Assembly: GCA_032718475.1 (NCBI GenBank)
Contig: JAUCBJ010007369.1
Span: 24,585 to 88,584 of the forward strand
Reading direction: 5' to 3'
Length of the DNA stretch: 64,000 bases
Source: Nemertoderma westbladi
Lineage: Eukaryota > Animalia > Xenacoelomorpha
The number at the start of each line of letters is the position of its first letter. The first letter of the stretch is position 1. Position numbers and translations under genes: made by a program. Shown here in pieces: positions 63,863-64,000 of the stretch. The notes beneath the pieces are model-generated. The model made no database searches and had not been told where the DNA came from. It saw nothing but the letters and a program-made list of their open reading frames with translations.

Positions 63863-64000
63863 AGACAGGGGCAAACTGGAAGCAATTGAATATCTCGCCT
63901 CAATGTTAAATATCAATTTAGGGAAAGGAGCAGGTTACAGTGGAGCGATATTCTAACCATAACAATAAACTAACGTGAATAGAACAACTTCACAGCTTTA
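63863..64000. mobile_element. MITE of the 37513 family, cut by the window edge
   Basis: AGACAGGGGCAAACTGGA..AATTTAGGGAAAGGAGCAGGTTACAGTGG aligns to 37513-37660. Confidence 0.65.

Overview
Eukaryotic (animal) genomic DNA: AT-rich, dominated by transposons and satellites, with GT-AG introns. The TE mix (Sola2, RTE and CR1/L2 LINEs, tRNA-derived SINEs, hAT, P, piggyBac-like and Helentron-like elements) suggests a marine invertebrate, which is an inference. Main contents: (1) an apparently intact 3.6-kb Sola2-type DNA transposon (1977-5619, ATAT target duplication, 756-aa transposase) whose 14-bp subterminal motif is in direct orientation at both ends; (2) a small spliced gene the ORF track misses (exons 18074-18145, 18362-18460, 21664-21728) encoding signal peptide + short Trp/Lys-rich peptide + GKR + one EF-hand; (3) a minus-strand EMI/EGF-like pseudogene (about 36.4-41.7 kb); (4) nested TE clusters at 8.5-9.6, 24-33 and 57-59 kb; (5) a block of 27-, 20- and 21-bp tandem arrays at 43.6-53.7 kb whose long ORFs are repeat artefacts. 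No rRNA, tRNA gene, CRISPR array or prokaryotic content is supported. All calls come from reading the sequence by eye, with no database searches. Boundaries of degraded elements and copy counts are approximate.
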